A DNA stretch of 62,828 bases, the filler included, from an uncultured Thermoplasmatales archaeon (lineage in GTDB: Archaea > Thermoplasmatota > E2 > DHVEG-1), in assembly GCA_964517155.1 (NCBI GenBank). It is 9 parts of 9 records of this genome, joined end to end, with 100 filler letters (N's around TTAATTAATTAA, not from the genome) between each part and the next. Parts side by side here need not be neighbours in the genome. Positions count along the whole stretch, not along the records: positions 23,608 to 33,033 come from CAZFAZ010000015.1; positions 33,134 to 41,764 come from CAZFAZ010000016.1; 7 more parts are not named here. The stretch is one strand, 5' to 3'. Positions 28,584 through 38,721 of the stretch are shown here, piece by piece. The notes under the pieces are model-generated. The model searched no databases. It saw only the letters and a program-made list of their open reading frames with translations, and was not told the DNA's origin. Made by a program: the position numbers and the translations under genes. Numbering within the stretch: the stretch's first letter is position 1; every line of letters begins with the position of its first letter.

Positions 28584-29306
28584 TTATTTTTTATTTTTCT
28601 TATTTTTTTGTATACTTCTACTTAGAACACCCATAAAAGTATGGTATTCCCATTTAGAAGGCATTGCTCGGCCCATAATTCGCTTGAACATAACTTCAGT
28701 ATTTTCCCGTTTGTGTTTAGGATAATTAATGCTGTCTAAAAGTTGAGAAAAAAAGCTAAAAAGTTTTTCTTTTTCTATTTTATCAAGTTTTCTTTTTTCA
28801 TTATTTTTCTCATTTTCATTCTCAGTTTTATTTATAAATAAAGAAAACAAAACAACTGTTGCAGCATGTGAAAGATTCATTGAAGAATAAGAGTCACTGG
28901 TAGGTATGCGAAGCATAATATCACATGCTGAAATTTCTTCATTGAAAAGACCGTAATCTTCACGACCAAAAATCAGACCTATTTTACCTTCTATTTCAAA
29001 AATTTTGTTGCAGAAATCAGACAAATTTAATGGAATTCTAAGATGTCTTTTATCTGTTTTACTTTCAATAGCACTTGTTGCAACAAGAAAATCTAAATTT
29101 TTTACAGCCTTGTCAAATGAAGGAAATATCTTTGCATTTTTTAGTATATCTTGTGCATGCATAGCACGAGCAAAACATTCATCATCAAGCTTGCAAGGTT
29201 TTACTAGATACAATTGTTTAAAATCAAAATTTGCCATTGCGCGTGCTACAGCACCTATATTTCCACCATATTTTGGCTCAACAAGTATAACATAAAACTC
29301 AGGAAT
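28584..29306 (-). CDS. trmJ: tRNA (C32/U32-2'-O)-methyltransferase, TrmJ family (SPOUT), ATT start
   Basis: Frame extends upstream of ATG 29237 through IPEFYVILVEPKYGGNIGAVARAM to an in-frame TGA at 29322-29324. GGTGG SD before ATT 29306. FGRED.GL and SMNLSHA motifs. Confidence 0.9.
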   Translation of the reverse strand: MPEFYVILVEPKYGGNIGAVARAMANFDFKQLYLVKPCKLDDECFARAMHAQDILKNAKIFPSFDKAVKNLDFLVATSAIESKTDKRHLRIPLNLSDFCNKIFEIEGKIGLIFGREDYGLFNEEISACDIMLRIPTSDSYSSMNLSHAATVVLFSLFINKTENENEKNNEKRKLDKIEKEKLFSFFSQLLDSINYPKHKRENTEVMFKRIMGRAMPSKWEYHTFMGVLSRSIQKNKKNKK

Positions 29307-29342
29307 TTTTATCCCACCGTTTCATTCCAGTTATTGGAATGA

Positions 29343-29729
29343 TTATTTGATGTTTAATTCTTCTTCTTTTTCTTTTAACATTTTCTGAAATTTAGACGGT
29401 AAATGTTTAACTTTTATTTTAACTTCAGAATGTTTCTTTAAAAATTCTGATCTTTTATTTGTTTTAAGTTCTTTGAGTACAAATTTACTATTTTTAAGAT
29501 AACTGTATAGATAATAGACACCGAACCATCCAAAAACAACAAAACCAAGCACTAAAATGTATGGACTCCAACCTAAAACTTCTTTTGAGAAACCAAAAAT
29601 GTTTTTTGGTATATCCTGAAACCATGTTCCCGTAACACCTATAAATAAAACAATAGCGCCTAATATTGTAAATATAATGCTTAAAATAAAAACATATTCT
29701 CTTAAAAAGCCTGTTATTTTTCCACTCAT
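29343..29729 (-). CDS. Hypothetical two-TM membrane protein
   Basis: GAGGTGA SD before ATG 29729; two hydrophobic helices and a basic tail. Confidence 0.7.
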   Translation of the reverse strand: MSGKITGFLREYVFILSIIFTILGAIVLFIGVTGTWFQDIPKNIFGFSKEVLGWSPYILVLGFVVFGWFGVYYLYSYLKNSKFVLKELKTNKRSEFLKKHSEVKIKVKHLPSKFQKMLKEKEEELNIK

Positions 29730-29761
29730 ATTTTTTTTCACCTCTATCTTTTCTTCTTTTT

Positions 29762-31180
29762 TTAATATGATTTTGCGTATCTCATCCAAGTCTTTGCTTT
29801 TTGTCCGCAGACCGGACACGATTTATCACATTTATTATCTTGAATTGGTTCACCTAACGTGTTTCCCTCTAAAACTTTTTCGATTTCTAAAGCACAATCC
29901 TCTTTGCCACACCAAGGTAATTCAACGATGCCTTTCAAATCTTTTGCTTTTTTAATATTTTCAACTCTGTGTATATTTTCATTTAGAATTTTTTTGGCTT
30001 TATCAAAAAGATTTTTGGCAATATTTTCTAATTCTTTTTTAATTGATTCAACAGATGAAATAATTGGAACTGATTTTTTTTCAGATGTATCTCTTCTAAC
30101 AAGCATTATTTGTTTGTTTTCTATATCACGTGGACCTATTTCAACTCTTAAAGGAACTCCTTTTAATTCCCATCCATAGTATTTGTTCCCAGGTGTTATA
30201 TCTCTATCGTCAACATGAACTTTCAAACCTGCTGTTTTTAATTTTTCTTCTAAAGATTTACATTCAGAAAGAACAATTTTTTCTTTTCCTTTAAAGATAA
30301 TTGGTATTATAACTATTTGAATTGGTGCAACTTCTGGCGGTAGTATAAGGCCTTTATTATCTCCATGAATACCAATAAGTGCGCCAAGTATTCTTTCACT
30401 CATACCATATGTTGTTTGATGGCAAAATGCATGTTCTCCTTTTTCTGTTTCATAGCTTATTTCATATGGTTTTGCAAAGTTGTCACGATATTGATGAATT
30501 GAGCCGAGTTGTAATGTTCTCATAGAAGGCATTAAAACATCTATACTTATTGTGTAATATGCCCCTGCAAATTTATCCCACTCTGGTCTTTTACAAAATA
30601 TAAAAGGAAGGCATAGTTTGTCAAATAGTTTTTTAGCTATTTCTTTGTCTTCTCGTATTTGTTTTTCAGCATCTTCAAAATCAATATGGCAGGTATGTGC
30701 TTCAAAGAAATGTATTTCACGAACGCGTATGAATGCACGGGTTTGTTTGGTTTCATATCTGAATGTGTTTACTATTTGAAAGGTTTTCAAAGGTAAATCT
30801 GCATGTGAGCGTATCCAAAGTGAAAACATAGGATACATAGCAGTTTCAGATGTTGGACGTAAAAGCCAGCGTTCTTCAAGTTTGTTTAATCCTGCATGTG
30901 TAATCCAGTATACTTCACTGCCAAATCCTTCGATGTGCTCTTCTTCTTTTTTAAATGATGATTCAGGTATCAATAATGGAAAATTTACTTCTTGATGATT
31001 AGTTTTTCTCATCTCATCTCTAATCATATTATCTACATAAGTCATTAATGTCCAACCATAGGGTCGCCACACATTCATACCTTTAATTGGATATCTTTTA
31101 TCACATAAATCTGCAAGTTCGACTATTTCATTGTACCATTCATTGAAATCGTCTGTTTTTTTTACTTTTGTCTCAGGCAT
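29762..31180 (-). CDS. proS: Proline--tRNA ligase (archaeal/eukaryotic type)
   Basis: LRPTSET, FRYETK, IRVREI, QTTYG, GVPLRVEIGPRD, C-terminal Zn site and terminal Y. Confidence 0.97.
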   Translation of the reverse strand: MPETKVKKTDDFNEWYNEIVELADLCDKRYPIKGMNVWRPYGWTLMTYVDNMIRDEMRKTNHQEVNFPLLIPESSFKKEEEHIEGFGSEVYWITHAGLNKLEERWLLRPTSETAMYPMFSLWIRSHADLPLKTFQIVNTFRYETKQTRAFIRVREIHFFEAHTCHIDFEDAEKQIREDKEIAKKLFDKLCLPFIFCKRPEWDKFAGAYYTISIDVLMPSMRTLQLGSIHQYRDNFAKPYEISYETEKGEHAFCHQTTYGMSERILGALIGIHGDNKGLILPPEVAPIQIVIIPIIFKGKEKIVLSECKSLEEKLKTAGLKVHVDDRDITPGNKYYGWELKGVPLRVEIGPRDIENKQIMLVRRDTSEKKSVPIISSVESIKKELENIAKNLFDKAKKILNENIHRVENIKKAKDLKGIVELPWCGKEDCALEIEKVLEGNTLGEPIQDNKCDKSCPVCGQKAKTWMRYAKSY

Positions 31181-31249
31181 AAATTTTTCAACCTACAAAA
31201 CCAAAAAAGGAAAAATGCTATTAAATATGACGGTTAAAAAAAGAAATGA

Positions 31250-31399
31250 TTAGACTCCGCGTCCTTCTTTTGCCTTTACTCTTAGTTCTTTTGATCGGCA
31301 TCTTCTGCATCTATCTGCCTTCGGTGCGTTAACACAACCGCATTTCATACATACTTTTTTGTTTAGTATACGTGCTTCTGCTTCAGGGAATCTTGCCAT
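31250..31399 (-). CDS. rpl40e: 50S ribosomal protein L40e
   Basis: [45 protein letters not shown], 49 aa, read manually. Confidence 0.95.
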   Translation of the reverse strand: MARFPEAEARILNKKVCMKCGCVNAPKADRCRRCRSKELRVKAKEGRGV

Positions 31400-31561
31400 A
31401 TTTGATACCGCCTATATTATCCTTATATTTCCTAGGGAATAAAGATTTATTATATAAATATTGGTGCAGTGCTGTTAACAAATTTTAAAAAAGAAAGTTT
31501 TTTAAAAATTATAGAAATATACTTAACCTAAAATAACTATCAAGGAATAGGTGAAGTATAC

Positions 31562-32389
31562 TTGAAAGGTAGGACTATCTGTCCAAAATGTAAAAAAGAG
31601 TTTGTTTTGGATTTGCCTGATGAAAATAAAACTCATAATGCAACTTGCCCAGAATGTAAAAATGAATTTAGTATTAAAGTTAAATGTGAAAATAAAGGTG
31701 GTTCTAAGCAATGTTCTTGGGAGGAGCATGGAGAGCCACGTAAAACTATTCTTTCAAGTATTAAACCACGTTCTAATAAACCATTAATTGCTGTATTATT
31801 GCTTGTTTGTGTTTTTTCAATTGGACTTTCTACTGCTGTTTTTTCTGATGTTTTTATTGGAACTACTTTTAATACAGCCTCAGCGATGGGTCTTAAAGGA
31901 AATATTAATGTTTATGTAACTGATCAATCAAATTTAAGTCTTGAAAATGTAAATGTAGTTTTATCAGATAAAACATTTGAAAGTAGGGGGAATGGAACTT
32001 ATATTTTAGAAAATGCAACACTTGGCCTGCAGACAATACAAATTACAAAGCAAGGTTACAATAAACAAGAAATTGAGTTGCTTGTAACTCCGTTTTTTTC
32101 TTCTGATATAAATATTAAAATGCAGCAGGGTACAACTGAAAATGAAATAATAAAATTTAACACTCTTGGCTGTTTAAGCATTGTAATTATTTTTTCAGTA
32201 TTTGCAATACTTGCAGTGATTGCTTGTGTTAAACGTCAACATTTTGATCTTGCAGTCGTAGGCTCGTTTTTAGCGATTTTTTCATTTGGTTTTTTCCTTA
32301 TCGGATCTATTCTTAGCATCATTGCATTTGTACTGATCTTTTACTCAAGAGATGAATTTGAAAATGGAAAAAAGGGAAAAATCTTCTAA
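31562..32389 (+). CDS. Membrane protein with N-terminal zinc ribbon and extracellular PEGA/carboxypeptidase-regulatory-like domain
   Basis: CPKC..CPEC, TM, NGTY....ITKQGY, then 2-3 C-terminal TMs. Confidence 0.7.
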   Translation: MKGRTICPKCKKEFVLDLPDENKTHNATCPECKNEFSIKVKCENKGGSKQCSWEEHGEPRKTILSSIKPRSNKPLIAVLLLVCVFSIGLSTAVFSDVFIGTTFNTASAMGLKGNINVYVTDQSNLSLENVNVVLSDKTFESRGNGTYILENATLGLQTIQITKQGYNKQEIELLVTPFFSSDINIKMQQGTTENEIIKFNTLGCLSIVIIFSVFAILAVIACVKRQHFDLAVVGSFLAIFSFGFFLIGSILSIIAFVLIFYSRDEFENGKKGKIF

Positions 32390-32918
32390 GAGTACAATAA
32401 TTATATTCATTTTATTTTTAGTATTTTTTATATGGGCATTATTGCAGTTTATAGCACCATTAGCGCTACCAATGGGAAGTGTTGATAAACTAGATGGACT
32501 CACGGGATTTACTGATAACCAAGAAAAAATCGATAATATGTCTGCACCATGGAACTCTATTTATGGATGTGGTGATGCTTTATGTCATCAAAAAGCAGAT
32601 AGAAGTTTTTTTGTAAATGAAAATCAGATGCCTTTTTGCTCTCGTTGTACTGCTATATGGCTTGGTCTGGCAGTTGGAATTGGTTTTATGCTTTTTTATA
32701 AAATTGAGTTAAATGAAAAATTCATATTTTTAATAGTGTTAGGTTTAGTTCCTATTGGAATTGATGGTTTGTTTCAGCTTTTTGGTTTTTGGGAGAGTAA
32801 TAATGTTATTAGAGTTTTAACTGGTTTATTAATAGGAGTTATATGTGGAATTGCAATTGGGATAATTGTCGATGAAGTCAATGAAATAATAATTTTAAAG
32901 AAAACAAAAAGTAATTAA
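32352..32918 (+). CDS. DUF2085-family membrane protein
   Basis: LCHQKADRSF, QMPFCSRCTAI, IDG..Q, ESNN..R..TG. Confidence 0.88.
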   Translation: MNLKMEKREKSSKSTIIIFILFLVFFIWALLQFIAPLALPMGSVDKLDGLTGFTDNQEKIDNMSAPWNSIYGCGDALCHQKADRSFFVNENQMPFCSRCTAIWLGLAVGIGFMLFYKIELNEKFIFLIVLGLVPIGIDGLFQLFGFWESNNVIRVLTGLLIGVICGIAIGIIVDEVNEIIILKKTKSN

Positions 32919-32951
32919 AAGAGTAATATATTTTGAGGTAGAGGTGTAAAG

Positions 32952-33033
32952 ATGGATAAAATAAAAAAATTATCAATAATGGTTTTGGCAATTATCGTAT
33001 TGTCAATAGGCTTATCAAGCACTGTAGCAGCAT
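32952..33033 (+). CDS. Signal-peptide fragment of a secreted protein (cut by gap)
   Basis: GAGGTG SD; MDKIKKLSIMVLAIIVLSIGLSSTVAA. Confidence 0.6.
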
Positions 33034-33133
33034 NNNNNNNNNNNNNNNNNNNNNNNNNNNNNNNNNNNNNNNNNNNNTTAATTAATTAANNNNNNNNNNN
33101 NNNNNNNNNNNNNNNNNNNNNNNNNNNNNNNNN
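33034..33133. other. Artificial contig linker 4
   Basis: N44-TTAATTAATTAA-N44. Confidence 0.99.
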
Positions 33134-33223
33134 TAAACGGTTGAAACGTTGGGTGTTTATTCAATTAGCTGGGAGATTGAAAGAGCAAAGAAGTGTTCTT
33201 TCAACCTAAATCTGCAAAAGTCT
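33134..33223 (+). mobile_element. Probable right end of an insertion sequence (IS5/IS1182-like)
   Basis: Open frame KRLKRWVFIQLAGRLKEQRSVLST* (stop 33207-33209), then TCTGCAAAAGTCT, a TIR-like sequence. Lies at a contig end and abuts a truncated gene. Confidence 0.45.
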
Positions 33224-33728
33224 TGTTATTATATAAAATGTTTGAGTGTCCTTCGGTAACTTCTACTGCAGATTTCGTATCAGCATGATACACTTTTTTC
33301 ATTAAAACTAGATTATTTGAAAAATTACAAAAACTACTTTTTAAACTTACGCAGGCTATATTTTTAAAATTATCTCCAGGATTTATAAATGTAAACCCAG
33401 AAATATAACAATTATTTGCATTTACAATCAAAGGAGGACTTTTATGGCTACCATCAATTATTGTGTCATTATAACCTTGCAATCCGATTAGATTAACAGA
33501 TACATTTACAACTACGCTTTCAATATATGTGCCAGGATAAACAAGTAAGATATCTCCATTTGAGGCATATACGAGTGCTTCTGAGATACTAGTTAAATTA
33601 TTTGATCCTGCTCCACCAACATACCACCTGTTTGATTCAATATTTTTTTGTACATGTGCATTGATATTTACAGAGCCTGCAATCAAAACAGAAATAAAAA
33701 GAAATATTGCGCATTTATGAAAATTCAT
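33201..33728 (-). pseudogene. Secreted right-handed beta-helix (NosD/PbH1-like) protein, apparently truncated
   Basis: Signal peptide, WYVGG.G..N.TSI.EA, GD..LVYPGTY.E, TIIDG, ISGFT. Ends after about two beta-helix turns, with its stop inside the putative IS end. Confidence 0.55.
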
Positions 33729-33783
33729 ATGAAAAAGAAGGAAAAACAGATATTTATGTCTTTTCTGTATAAAATATTAAAGA

Positions 33784-35175
33784 TTAAATTTTATTTTTTC
33801 TTTTTTGCTTCTTTTTTAATCCTTCCTGATATAAACCCATCATTGCACGTGCTGTTCTCCAGCTACTTGGGTATATTGGAACACCTGCTGATTTTAAATC
33901 AAGTACTAAATCTTCGTATTCTCGTCCTCCGACCCATGTTGCAAGTATTGGTTTTTTGAATTCTTCATGTAGTTTTCTTTCACGAATCATCTTAAGTATC
34001 GCACCTGTGAATTCTTCAGGACGAGCATATCCGCCGTGAACTGATGCAACTATTACTCCGTCGATATTTGGATCTTCTAAAAGAGCTCTTGTTGCAGCTT
34101 CATATCTGAAAAATCCTGCGTCTGCTACTACATCTACAGGGTTGTTTGGTGTTATTAAATCAGGTACTATTTCATCTATTTTTTTGAATGTTTTATGGGA
34201 AAGTTTTGGTATAACAAGCCCATTTTCCTCGCATGCATCTGTAAGCATTATCCCTAGTCCTCCACCGTTTGTTACTATTCCTATGCGGTTTCCTTGCGCG
34301 GGTGGTTGCCCGCTGAGTGCTTTTGCCATATCAAATAGTTCTATGATATCTCTGCAGCGTATTCCCCCTGCTTGTTTTATTGCTGCGCTATATATTTTAT
34401 CGCTACCGGCCATACTGCCGGTATGTGACGCTGTTGCTCTTGCACCTGCAGCACTTCTCCCTGCTTTTACCACAAGTACTGGTTTGTCACATCTTTTAAT
34501 GGCATTCATGAATTCTCGGCCGTCTTTTACTGCTTCTATATAAAGTCCTATCACTTTTGTTTCAGGATCATTTGCAAAATAATCTATCAAATCATCATCG
34601 TCAATATCTATTTTATTTCCAACGCCAATTATTTTTGATACACCCATATATTCATTGTTTGCAAGATATATCATACCAATTCCTAGTGCCCCGCTTTGGC
34701 TAATAAGAGCTACACTTCCTTTGCGAGGGTTTCCATATACAAAGCTTGCATCAAGACCTATTGATGCATTTTTATAACCCATGACATTTGGCCCTAGCAC
34801 TCGCATTTTCGAATCTTTTATTATTGTTTTCAGCTCAGTTTCTAGGTTATGATTCCCTATCTCACTGAAACCTGAAGAGATGATTATTACATTTTTGACG
34901 TTTTTTTCTTTACAGTCTTTTAAAACACTTGGTACAATTGCTGCGGGAACAGAAATTAAGACCATATCTAAAATACCTGGTACATCTGTTACTTTTTTGT
35001 AACATTTAAGCCCAAGTATCATTTTTTCTTGAGGATTTATTGGATAAATCTTACATTGATAATCAGAAATTAGTATATTTTTAAGCGCAGCATGTCCTAT
35101 TTTTCTTGAGTCTTTGCTTGCGCCTACTACAGCGATTGTTTTTGGTTTGAAGAATGTTTCAAGAACTGATGTCAT
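33784..35175 (-). CDS. acdA: Acetate/acyl-CoA ligase (ADP-forming) alpha subunit
   Basis: AVVGAS, ISSGFSE, LGPN, SQSGALG, ASHTG phospho-His, TNGGG, NPVD. Confidence 0.92.
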   Translation of the reverse strand: MTSVLETFFKPKTIAVVGASKDSRKIGHAALKNILISDYQCKIYPINPQEKMILGLKCYKKVTDVPGILDMVLISVPAAIVPSVLKDCKEKNVKNVIIISSGFSEIGNHNLETELKTIIKDSKMRVLGPNVMGYKNASIGLDASFVYGNPRKGSVALISQSGALGIGMIYLANNEYMGVSKIIGVGNKIDIDDDDLIDYFANDPETKVIGLYIEAVKDGREFMNAIKRCDKPVLVVKAGRSAAGARATASHTGSMAGSDKIYSAAIKQAGGIRCRDIIELFDMAKALSGQPPAQGNRIGIVTNGGGLGIMLTDACEENGLVIPKLSHKTFKKIDEIVPDLITPNNPVDVVADAGFFRYEAATRALLEDPNIDGVIVASVHGGYARPEEFTGAILKMIRERKLHEEFKKPILATWVGGREYEDLVLDLKSAGVPIYPSSWRTARAMMGLYQEGLKKKQKRKNKI

Positions 35176-35239
35176 TAAAATCCCTTTCTTTACTATTAAT
35201 TTGCTTCTGAAATATTATTTTATTACTTAAAACTACTCT

Positions 35240-35755
35240 TTAGATATACTGTTTCATAATCTTAATTATCTCTTTAGAGTCCTTAGATTTCCTATATTCT
35301 TCAAGAGGCTCCTTATTTAAGACAAGAAAGTTAGGTCCCCATTTATACAAATCAAGAATTTTTTCAGCCGTTTTAACCTCTCCAAGGATATATAACGCGG
35401 CAGCAAAAGCCTCCAATGTTGAAAGCTTAAAAGGTTTACCATAATTTACAGGATTTACAGCAACGACAAAGGGCAGCGCTCTTGAATTATTTTTACTGTT
35501 AAGATATTCAAAACTATTTTCAGCGTTTTCCCATGAGCAATCAAGAGCAAGTATCCCATTTTTAAAAGCAATTTTTTTATCTTCTGGCGACAAACTTTTT
35601 TCAGAAAAAGGATTCAAAAGAATCATGTCTCTTGGAACTTTTTTAATATTTTTCTGAAGACTTGCAAAACCAAACTTAGCAAGCTTTCTAGCACTACATT
35701 TACGAGGATCATCCTCATTTGAATGATATACAACTAAAGAGATCTTCTCTTTCAT
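35240..35755 (-). CDS. tsr3: 16S rRNA aminocarboxypropyltransferase Tsr3 (DUF367)
   Basis: DDPRKCSARKL, LDCSW, RALP..VAVNPVNYGKP.KLSTLEA, KWG..F..LN. Confidence 0.93.
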   Translation of the reverse strand: MKEKISLVVYHSNEDDPRKCSARKLAKFGFASLQKNIKKVPRDMILLNPFSEKSLSPEDKKIAFKNGILALDCSWENAENSFEYLNSKNNSRALPFVVAVNPVNYGKPFKLSTLEAFAAALYILGEVKTAEKILDLYKWGPNFLVLNKEPLEEYRKSKDSKEIIKIMKQYI

Positions 35756-36609
35756 CTTTCACTAACCTCAAGATCAAAGACGTAATGACTTACACCTGGT
35801 GCAAAAGACTTCACTTTTATATAATTTAATAAATTAACAATTAAACCAAGTTTTCTTGCCTCGTTATTGATATGCTCCATAGTCATATTTGATGTATCAT
35901 CATCTGGGAATTTATCATGTAAATGAATAATGCCTGAATTATTTTTAAGACATCTAAAAGCAGTTGGTAAAAAACGAATAGTTGCACCAAAATAACCCAT
36001 AACTACTCTATCGGCAACATCAGTTGGTGCAACGTCTCTGTTATCACCAAAAACTGGTTGAACAATTGAATTAACATTATTCAAAGAAACATTTTCACAA
36101 AGAAAATTATAAGAAACAAGATTTTTTTCACAAGCAAAAATCGTTTTAGGTTTACTATGAACTGCCATTGGCAAAGTAAAATAACCAATACCTGCAAAAA
36201 GATCAACAACTACCTCACCAGGTTTTGAAATACTTCCCATACGAATACGTTCACTAATATTGCCAGATGAAAACATGACCTTTTGAGGATCGAGTTTAAA
36301 TTTAACACCGTTTTCTTTGTGAATTGTTATAGTATCATTTGAACCAAAAATAACCTTGTTATCAGGTTTACGAAACTCTCCTGAAATCCCGCCTGTATCA
36401 TTTAAAACAGATTTACAGTTTAAAACATTGGCATAAACCTCTCCAATATTTTTTTCATATTTTTTTAGTAAATCGGGTAATACAATTATTAAAACTTCAC
36501 CGTTTTTCTCCCATTTTTTAGGCAAATACTTAATCAAACTAGCAGGAATCTTAGAATTAAGTTTATTTTTTATTTCGTCAAATGGATTTGAAGCCATAAC
36601 TAAATCCAT
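35752..36609 (-). CDS. taw2: Trm5/Taw2 (TYW2)-family SAM-dependent tRNA G37/wyosine-modifying enzyme
   Basis: HKENG..F.LD..KVMFSSGN..ER.RM, DLFAGIGYFTLP, EKN, GDNR, ADRVVMGY. Confidence 0.8.
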   Translation of the reverse strand: MDLVMASNPFDEIKNKLNSKIPASLIKYLPKKWEKNGEVLIIVLPDLLKKYEKNIGEVYANVLNCKSVLNDTGGISGEFRKPDNKVIFGSNDTITIHKENGVKFKLDPQKVMFSSGNISERIRMGSISKPGEVVVDLFAGIGYFTLPMAVHSKPKTIFACEKNLVSYNFLCENVSLNNVNSIVQPVFGDNRDVAPTDVADRVVMGYFGATIRFLPTAFRCLKNNSGIIHLHDKFPDDDTSNMTMEHINNEARKLGLIVNLLNYIKVKSFAPGVSHYVFDLEVSER

Positions 36610-36681
36610 TAAAAAATAATAGTTTAAATAATGTCCTAATAAGGCTTTTTATTATAATCAGATATACCAAAGCTGCAAAAC

Positions 36682-38646
36682 ATGAATCTTTTTCCATACA
36701 AACCACGAAAAAATCAAATAGCAATAATGCAAACAATCAAACGAACATTAGATGATAAGCAACATCTAGTTTTTGAGTCAGGAACAGGGTCGGGTAAAAC
36801 AATATGTGCACTTTCAGCAACACTTGAATATGCATTGAAAAATGGTAAAAAAATTGTTTATACTACTCGTACTAACGCCCAACAAAGACAAGTAATACTA
36901 GAACTTCGCTCTATTAGAGAAAAAAACCCAGATATCAAAGATATTCTCACAGGTGTTGGGATGCAAGGGCGAGGAAACATGTGCCTACTTGCAAGAAACA
37001 ACAGTGAATTTTCAAAAGGCACATCTGAGGAGTTATCCCGCTTTTGTAATAGTGAAAAAAAGAAAACAAAAAATAATCCTTCACAAGGATGTAAATTTTA
37101 TTGTAGTTTTCTTGACAAAGAAAAAACAGATAAAGCAAAAAAATGGTTCAAAGAAAAACTTCCAACCGCTGAAGAATTCATAGAATATTGTGAAAAAAAA
37201 GGCATCTGTCCATATGAAATAAATAAGATTTTAATGAAAGAAAGCACACTTGTTGTTGTCCCCTATGTTTACGTTTTTGATTTAATGATTCGCAACATGT
37301 TACTAGATTCATTAAATATTCCTGAGAATGATATAATTCTTATTGTTGACGAAGCTCACAATCTTCCTGAATATATCCGTGAGTTGTATTCATCAGAACT
37401 TAGTTTATTTATGCTTACTAGCTGCGGCTCTGAAGCGGAGAAATACGGTGATCCTTCTATTCTTGATGGGCGAGTAACAGTTTCTGGTTTTTGTAAAACA
37501 GTTGAGAGTATAGTTTCTGATATTCGCGATACTTATGTATATGGGATACTTGAAAATGGTATACGTACAGGTGGTGTAAAAAATACAGATGCATTTATCC
37601 CAAGTCATGAATTTGAAACTGAGATAATTGGTCGTCTAAAAATTACTAGTAGAACACTTCATGATATTATAGGAGATCTTGTTGCGTATGGTGAAAAAAT
37701 AAGAGAGTACCGTCAGAAAGAAGGAAAACTTCCAAGGTCTTTTCTTCACAGCCTCGGTATTTTTTTAGATTTTTGGGTTAGCCTTGAAATGGAGCAGTAC
37801 GCAAAACTAGTAGTTGATACCGGCGGTGGTAACAACCCGCGTGTAGAGGCATATTGTCTTGACCCTGGTGTAGGTACAGATATTCTCAGATGTTTTCATT
37901 CAACTATTCATATGAGTGGAACCCTTGAGCCTTTAGAAGAATACAGGGATTCTTTGAGTCTTCCTGAAAATACAGAATTGGTATCTTTTCCTTCATCTTT
38001 TCCAAAAGAGAACAGAAAAATTCTTTTTGTAAGTGATGTTTCTACAAAATATGAAGATATTCTAAAAGATGAAGACATGGTTAATCGTATGATAAATCAT
38101 GTTACTAGTGTTTGTAACAGTTTTCCGAAAAACACTATGGTTTTTTTCCCAAGTTTTAACGTTATGAACATGTTTCGCTGTAATGATGATATCAATAAAA
38201 TTAACAGATCTGTTTTTTTTGAAGAGCAAAAGATGTCGCAATCTGCTTTAATGGATTTAGTATCTGATTTTAAAGAATGCGGTAACGGAGAAAGCCAGGG
38301 TGCTGCATTGTTTAGCGTCATGGGTGGACGTATTTCTGAAGGTATGGATTTTCCTGCAGAACAACTTGAAATTGCATTAATTGTTGGTATTCCTTATCCA
38401 AAACCTACTGCACGTCAAAGAGGTCTGCAGCATTATTATGATTTAAAATTTAGAAAAGGATGGGAATACACTGTTGAAGCACCAGCTGCTAGAAAACTTT
38501 TACAATCTATCGGACGATTAATTCGTGATGATAAAGATAGAGGAGTTGCGATAATACTTGATAGACGTGCCACTCGTTTTAAAAAATATATAACGGATTT
38601 GGAAGAATCTAAAGATTTGTTAAAAGACATTAGAAGTTTTATATAA
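36682..38646 (+). CDS. xpd: XPD/Rad3/DinG-family Fe-S DNA helicase
   Basis: SGTGSGKT, Fe-S Cys cluster ending in CPY, DEAHN, SGTL, SEGMDF, QSIGRLIR. Confidence 0.93.
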   Translation: MNLFPYKPRKNQIAIMQTIKRTLDDKQHLVFESGTGSGKTICALSATLEYALKNGKKIVYTTRTNAQQRQVILELRSIREKNPDIKDILTGVGMQGRGNMCLLARNNSEFSKGTSEELSRFCNSEKKKTKNNPSQGCKFYCSFLDKEKTDKAKKWFKEKLPTAEEFIEYCEKKGICPYEINKILMKESTLVVVPYVYVFDLMIRNMLLDSLNIPENDIILIVDEAHNLPEYIRELYSSELSLFMLTSCGSEAEKYGDPSILDGRVTVSGFCKTVESIVSDIRDTYVYGILENGIRTGGVKNTDAFIPSHEFETEIIGRLKITSRTLHDIIGDLVAYGEKIREYRQKEGKLPRSFLHSLGIFLDFWVSLEMEQYAKLVVDTGGGNNPRVEAYCLDPGVGTDILRCFHSTIHMSGTLEPLEEYRDSLSLPENTELVSFPSSFPKENRKILFVSDVSTKYEDILKDEDMVNRMINHVTSVCNSFPKNTMVFFPSFNVMNMFRCNDDINKINRSVFFEEQKMSQSALMDLVSDFKECGNGESQGAALFSVMGGRISEGMDFPAEQLEIALIVGIPYPKPTARQRGLQHYYDLKFRKGWEYTVEAPAARKLLQSIGRLIRDDKDRGVAIILDRRATRFKKYITDLEESKDLLKDIRSFI

Positions 38647-38721
38647 ACCAATTTTTTAAAAAACTGTATGTATTTGGTAGAAATATTTTTATATGAAATA
38701 TTATAATAAATATTTTAAAAT

